This document shows, piece by piece, positions 48,003-51,610 of a stretch of 51,610 bases of DNA (within the stretch, counting starts at the first letter, position 1; every line of letters starts with the position of its first letter). Origin of the DNA: a virus. Below the pieces are notes generated by a model. It was not told the origin of the DNA, ran no database searches, and saw only the letters and a program-made list of their open reading frames with translations. Location: positions 1 through 51,610 of the IMG/VR virus record IMGVR_UViG_3300019487_000008. One strand, 5' to 3'. Made by a program: the position numbers and the translations under genes.

Positions 48003-48080
48003 GGACGTGCCTCCTGTGATGGGATTCTACCCTGCTGGTGTGGGTGTCAAGGCCCACGTGGGGAGGGGCCCCCGGCCGGC

Positions 48081-48461
48081 TTACTCGCTCGCTTGGCCCC
48101 CGGAATCCGGGGCCATCCAGGGGTCCCCCTCGGGGACAGGCTGAGGCGGCTGGAGGGCCTGTTCGGCCTGGAGGTGGTAGTTCTCGAAGGCGCCCTTGAC
48201 CACGAGGTCGAGCCACTGGGCTACGTGGGCGTGGAAGTCCCGAGCCTCACGGGGTTCATTGGAGTAGAGAACCGCCGCCCGCAGGTGGTAATCCTGCTCC
48301 GCCCTGAGGACCTCCAGGAGAGGTTCCCAGAGGTCCCTGGCCCGGAACAGATCCAGCACCAGCAGCAATTTCTCGCGCTGTGCCCATTGCACCGGCGAGT
48401 TGCTGCTGAGAGCCGGATTCGACGGCGTTTCGGAGCTGGCCTGTGAAGCGTTCGATGTCAT
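48081..48461 (-). CDS. hypothetical ORF overlapping the portal 3' end
   Basis: 126 aa. The first ~68 codons overlap the low-complexity portal tail in another frame. No ATG after the portal stop. The real start is unknown. Confidence 0.3.
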   Translation of the reverse strand: MTSNASQASSETPSNPALSSNSPVQWAQREKLLLVLDLFRARDLWEPLLEVLRAEQDYHLRAAVLYSNEPREARDFHAHVAQWLDLVVKGAFENYHLQAEQALQPPQPVPEGDPWMAPDSGGQASE

Positions 48462-50244
48462 CGACGTTGGCTCCTTCGAGGAAGCGTTCGTAGGCGGAGC
48501 GTTGGGCCTCGATGGCCTGGAGCCAGAGCTGGCCCATGGCAGGGGGGAACTGGTTGGAGGTGATGACCTGGGCGCCCTGGAGGACGAACGCCCAGAAGTC
48601 GCGGTTCATCTGGGAGACGACTACGGCTCGGCGCATTTCGGTGTCAGGATTGAGGGTCTCGGAGAGGGCTCGAACGTCGAACAGGTAGTGCTGGGGGATG
48701 GGCTCTGTGGGGAAGATCAGGTCGGAGATGTCCCGGGCGTCGCTGGGGCCGAAGATCCGTTCGAGGCTGCCGTCTGCGTTGGTTTCGTATTGCTGGGTGA
48801 GGATGGCCCAGCCTTGGCCCATGGCACTGACTTGCTCGCGCAGGAGGAGGGCCGTGGAGGCGGACATCTGGACTCCCTGCTCCAGCAGGGCGAGGGTCGA
48901 GGTAGCAGGGGAGGGATGGCCACCCTGGCGGGACTCACGGCCGAAGGCGGGGTCAGAGATGCCGGTGATTCGCTCGGCGAAGATGTTGGCGATGTTCATG
49001 AGGGCGATGTTGGGCTGGACGGAGGTGCCGATGTCCAGGGGCTTGAAGGAGTCGAGGTTCGGGGTGAAGAGGGGCCTGGACGGGTCGATGGGTGTGGTCT
49101 GCCAGCGGGGGTCTGAGGTTTGGGCCCAGATGGCGTTCGCACGGGTCTGGGAGTCGATGGCCTGGTTGTAGAGGGTGGTGAGGATGCGCTGGAGCATTTC
49201 GAGTTTCTTGGCGACCCCGGTGCCGTGGCCGCGGGCGCTGTCTTTGCGAAAAAAGCCATCGAAGAAGGGCTTGCCCGGGAGATGGTAGGGCTCAGCCACC
49301 AGGCGAAGGACCTTTTGGGTCTTGCGGTGGAGGTGGATGACGATGGGGATGGTGGGGGCCGTGGGGTCCGGGTCAGCAGGATCCTCGAATCCCATGGTGC
49401 GGAGGATGGGCCAGTCGATGTGGCATTCGCGAATGTCGTGCTCTTCGCCTAGAGGGGGCGAGAAACCTCTGGTTCTGGAGTCGAGGCGGTCTTTCAGGTC
49501 GGCCACGTCCTTGGAGGGCGCGTAGCTGCCAGTGTCTTGGAAGACTTCCTTGACCTGTTCGGAGAGCCAGGCGGGGTCTCGTATCGACATCTGGGAGAGT
49601 TGGGACTTGGAGTAGCGGTGCTCCCTGACGACAAGGGGGGCGTCGGCGATCCGGTAGCGCGTGTCCCAGAGGATCTGCTCGCGGGGGACGTGATCGTAGA
49701 GGACGCCGCGGGAGAACTCGACGACTTGGCGCTGGATGGGGACCCGGCCGTTCAGGCGAGCTGCCCCCTGGCCGAAGAACAGGGCGCGCTGGTCACGGCG
49801 GTAGTTGATGGCGAGGACGCTGGAGCCGATGACGAACAGCTCACTGAGCCAGTCGTAGACGGAGAGTTTGATGTTGGAGCCGTGGTTGACGGACCAGTTG
49901 GCGGCGCGTTCGACGTTTTTGGCCTTGGCCCTGAGGTCTTCGCGTTCGGTGGCGACAACCCACACCCGATCGCCAGCGCCGAACAGGGACGAGTAGGTGC
50001 GGCTGATGAGGGCGTCAGCCTGCTGGGCAATCAGGGGGACGACGACGTTGGCGGCCGCCGTGAAAGGGAAGATTCGTTCGCGACGGCGTGGGACGGCGTG
50101 GTACCACTGCCACCAAGCGGGGATGTCCACGGTGAGGAGGCTGTGGTATTCGGCTTCGAGGTCGTCGATCATGTCGGACAACTCGTGCCCGATCAGTTCG
50201 AGGTCATCGTTGGAGGGGCGGAGGATTGTGCCGGGGACCAGCAT
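48256..50244 (-). CDS. portal protein
   Basis: 662 aa with GAGGTAA upstream. Size, position (first large gene after terL across the junction) and general portal-like pattern. Gly/Pro-rich C-terminal tail. Confidence 0.7.
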   Translation of the reverse strand: MLVPGTILRPSNDDLELIGHELSDMIDDLEAEYHSLLTVDIPAWWQWYHAVPRRRERIFPFTAAANVVVPLIAQQADALISRTYSSLFGAGDRVWVVATEREDLRAKAKNVERAANWSVNHGSNIKLSVYDWLSELFVIGSSVLAINYRRDQRALFFGQGAARLNGRVPIQRQVVEFSRGVLYDHVPREQILWDTRYRIADAPLVVREHRYSKSQLSQMSIRDPAWLSEQVKEVFQDTGSYAPSKDVADLKDRLDSRTRGFSPPLGEEHDIRECHIDWPILRTMGFEDPADPDPTAPTIPIVIHLHRKTQKVLRLVAEPYHLPGKPFFDGFFRKDSARGHGTGVAKKLEMLQRILTTLYNQAIDSQTRANAIWAQTSDPRWQTTPIDPSRPLFTPNLDSFKPLDIGTSVQPNIALMNIANIFAERITGISDPAFGRESRQGGHPSPATSTLALLEQGVQMSASTALLLREQVSAMGQGWAILTQQYETNADGSLERIFGPSDARDISDLIFPTEPIPQHYLFDVRALSETLNPDTEMRRAVVVSQMNRDFWAFVLQGAQVITSNQFPPAMGQLWLQAIEAQRSAYERFLEGANVDDIERFTGQLRNAVESGSQQQLAGAMGTAREIAAGAGSVPGQGPLGTSPGGPQGGAGLPPAGGGSLLQ

Positions 50245-50251
50245 GGGCGCG

Positions 50252-50437
50252 TTACCTCGATAGGGCGCACCGGCCGCTGCCGGAGTAGTCGGTTTGGAGA
50301 CACAGGCAACCCTGGGCGGGGCCGCAGTCTTGGGAGCTGAAGCAGATGAGACCCAGGTTGCAGTAGGCGCAGGGAGCCTTGGTGCTCCAGAGGACCACGA
50401 TGGTGAGGACGAGGGCTGCGATGAGCAGGAACTTCAC
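50252..50437 (-). CDS. small signal-anchored Cys-rich (knottin-like) peptide
   Basis: 61 aa. GTG start in a GTGA overlap. MKFLLIAALVLTIVVLW hydrophobic leader, then CAYCNLGLICFSSQDCGPAQGCLCLQTDYSGSGRC (7 Cys, CxC). Confidence 0.45.
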   Translation of the reverse strand: MKFLLIAALVLTIVVLWSTKAPCAYCNLGLICFSSQDCGPAQGCLCLQTDYSGSGRCALSR

Positions 50438-50613
50438 CGAGAGCCTCGGCGTCTGGCCTTGCGCTGCTCAGAGAGGGCAATGGCAATGGCCTGTTTGGGG
50501 TCGGTGACTTTGGGGCCTCGGCTGGAGCCGGAGTGGAGAGTCCCAGCTTTGAACTCGTGCATCACCTTTTTGATCTTGGCAGTGGACTGACGGCGAGAAC
50601 GGGACTTGGCCAT
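50434..50613 (-). CDS. small basic conserved protein (KVMHEFKxGxLHSG...QAIAIALSE signature)
   Basis: 59 aa. Not in the ORF track; hand-translated: MAKSRSRRQSTAKIKKVMHEFKAGTLHSGSSRGPKVTDPKQAIAIALSEQRKARRRGSR. AGAGGAG upstream. Confidence 0.6.
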   Translation of the reverse strand: MAKSRSRRQSTAKIKKVMHEFKAGTLHSGSSRGPKVTDPKQAIAIALSEQRKARRRGSR

Positions 50614-50698
50614 GGGGGCTCACTCCTCTTTGGAGAGAGGTTTCCTCTCTTGAGAGGTTTGTTGTGGTGGGACACAGGGTCTCTACTGTGGTTGGAGG

Positions 50699-51217
50699 TC
50701 ACGAAGCCGGAGCCCGCCTGGCCTTGCCTGGGGTTTCGATGATGACTTCTGTGGTGACCGGGATGGTTTGGGGCGCGCTGGGATGGGGGTCTTGGGGTGA
50801 GATGGCCGGTCCGAGGTCTACGGTGTAAGGCTCCGGGCTGATGAGTCCGGTGAGCCGCTGGATGTCGGAGTCGTACCAGCAGAGGCGAATCCCTGCGGTG
50901 GGGGGCTGGCCCAGGATCGGACGACCAGCCGTGAGGAGCATGGCTTCGCACTGGCCGAGGGGCCCGGCGATCACGTAGGGGTCCAGGCCGCGGACACGGC
51001 GCCAGCCGGTGCCGTCGGTGGCTTGGCTGGGCGGGTCGTCGAGCAGTTGGCGGACGTGGTGGAGGGCGGTTTGGAAGTAGGTGAGGCCGGGGATGCCACC
51101 GTGGGCGAGCAGGTGGTTCAGGTGAGGGATCTGCTTGTAGATTGAGAGACCTCGCTGACCGCGCTGCGAGGGAACATCCGGGAGGCCGGCGGGCTTGAGG
51201 TACGGGATGGGGGACAT
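50699..51217 (-). CDS. hypothetical protein
   Basis: 172 aa with AAGGAGA upstream. Confidence 0.5.
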   Translation of the reverse strand: MSPIPYLKPAGLPDVPSQRGQRGLSIYKQIPHLNHLLAHGGIPGLTYFQTALHHVRQLLDDPPSQATDGTGWRRVRGLDPYVIAGPLGQCEAMLLTAGRPILGQPPTAGIRLCWYDSDIQRLTGLISPEPYTVDLGPAISPQDPHPSAPQTIPVTTEVIIETPGKARRAPAS

Positions 51218-51247
51218 GATGGTCTCCTTGGGGCCTTGGGGTTCAGG

Positions 51248-51496
51248 CTATGCGAATCGGCGGCGTAGGTCAATCACCCCACCTTGGGGGACCTGGACCC
51301 GAGAGGTGGAGGCGATTTCAGGGACGATCAGGTCGCGCTCCTCGTGGTAGTGCCGGGGGAAGCCGGGGAGGGACCGGGCCTCTTCGTGGAGGAGGAGGGC
51401 GGCTTCGCTGGATTCGTCGAGGTCTTCGAGCTGGCGGAGGATGGACTGCCAGCGGCGCCAGGTTTGGAGGGTCATGCGCCAAGCGATATGGGCCAT
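51248..51496 (-). CDS. hypothetical protein
   Basis: 82 aa from the ATG at 51496, which has GAGGA upstream (the track ORF starts at 51514). The first late gene after terL once the contig is circularised. Its start lies in the terminal repeat. Confidence 0.4.
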   Translation of the reverse strand: MAHIAWRMTLQTWRRWQSILRQLEDLDESSEAALLLHEEARSLPGFPRHYHEERDLIVPEIASTSRVQVPQGGVIDLRRRFA

Positions 51497-51610
51497 CAGA
51501 GGCAGTCCTCGCATTCCTGCTGCTCTGCGGCGGCCTTCCTATCCCACATGCTAGTACCCTGTCACCGGGTCACGCCCCCGGTCCACTTGATGTTGAAGTT
51601 TTCGATGGAG
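51488..51610. repeat. terminal direct repeat, copy 2 (identical to 1-123)
   Basis: Same 123-nt string as 1-123. It covers the 3' end of terL and the 5' end of the next late ORF, so assembly overlap of a circular or permuted genome is more likely than a physical DTR. Confidence 0.9.

Overview
The window is one complete, GC-rich tailed-phage (Caudoviricetes) genome. Bases 1-123 recur exactly at 51488-51610, so the unit length is 51,487 bp and the contig is circularly closed or terminally redundant. Two divergent gene blocks leave a ~1.3-kb ORF-poor control region (2456-3753) that holds at least six unrelated repeat families.

The plus-strand early/replication block (3754-27937) encodes:
- a MoxR-like AAA+ ATPase with an HExxH + VWA partner;
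- a Cas4-like PD-(D/E)XK exonuclease, an AAA_24/Sak4-like ATPase and a GroES-like protein;
- a family-4-like UDG with altered motifs;
- a coupled SLOG/DUF2493-like, membrane ORF, DUF1643 and DHH phosphoesterase run;
- many tiny translationally coupled ORFs, including paralog sets and an array of cassettes sharing one junction sequence;
- a signal-peptide TSP3/dockerin-like protein;
- a family A DNA polymerase broken into three colinear same-frame ORFs;
- a DUF3987-like P-loop ATPase.

The minus-strand late block runs 2455->64, crosses the circular junction, then 51514->27967. It encodes small and large terminase, a small basic protein and a knottin-like Cys-rich peptide, portal, scaffold, HK97-fold capsid, and two signal-peptide Cys-rich proteins. 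A lysis cassette (M15 peptidase, spanin/holin candidates) sits inside the morphogenesis genes. It is followed by tandem paralogs, an adaptor, a tail fibre, large internal proteins and a degenerate PurD-like ATP-grasp protein.

I recognised no integrase, repressor, tRNA, CRISPR array, primase or phage RNA polymerase. All calls come from reading motifs in the supplied translations and the DNA. No database search was run, so family names are recollection-based and need HMM or structure confirmation.

Most noteworthy findings:
- the split polymerase, whose 3'-5' exonuclease site is divided by a 165-aa ORF of unknown function;
- a 14-unit iteron-like array in strict 16-bp register;
- a recurring TCCGAT operator-like motif at three loci;
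- the conserved RBS-ATG-stop junction shared by six consecutive small genes;
- the SLOG-DUF1643-DHH nucleotide-centred cluster.
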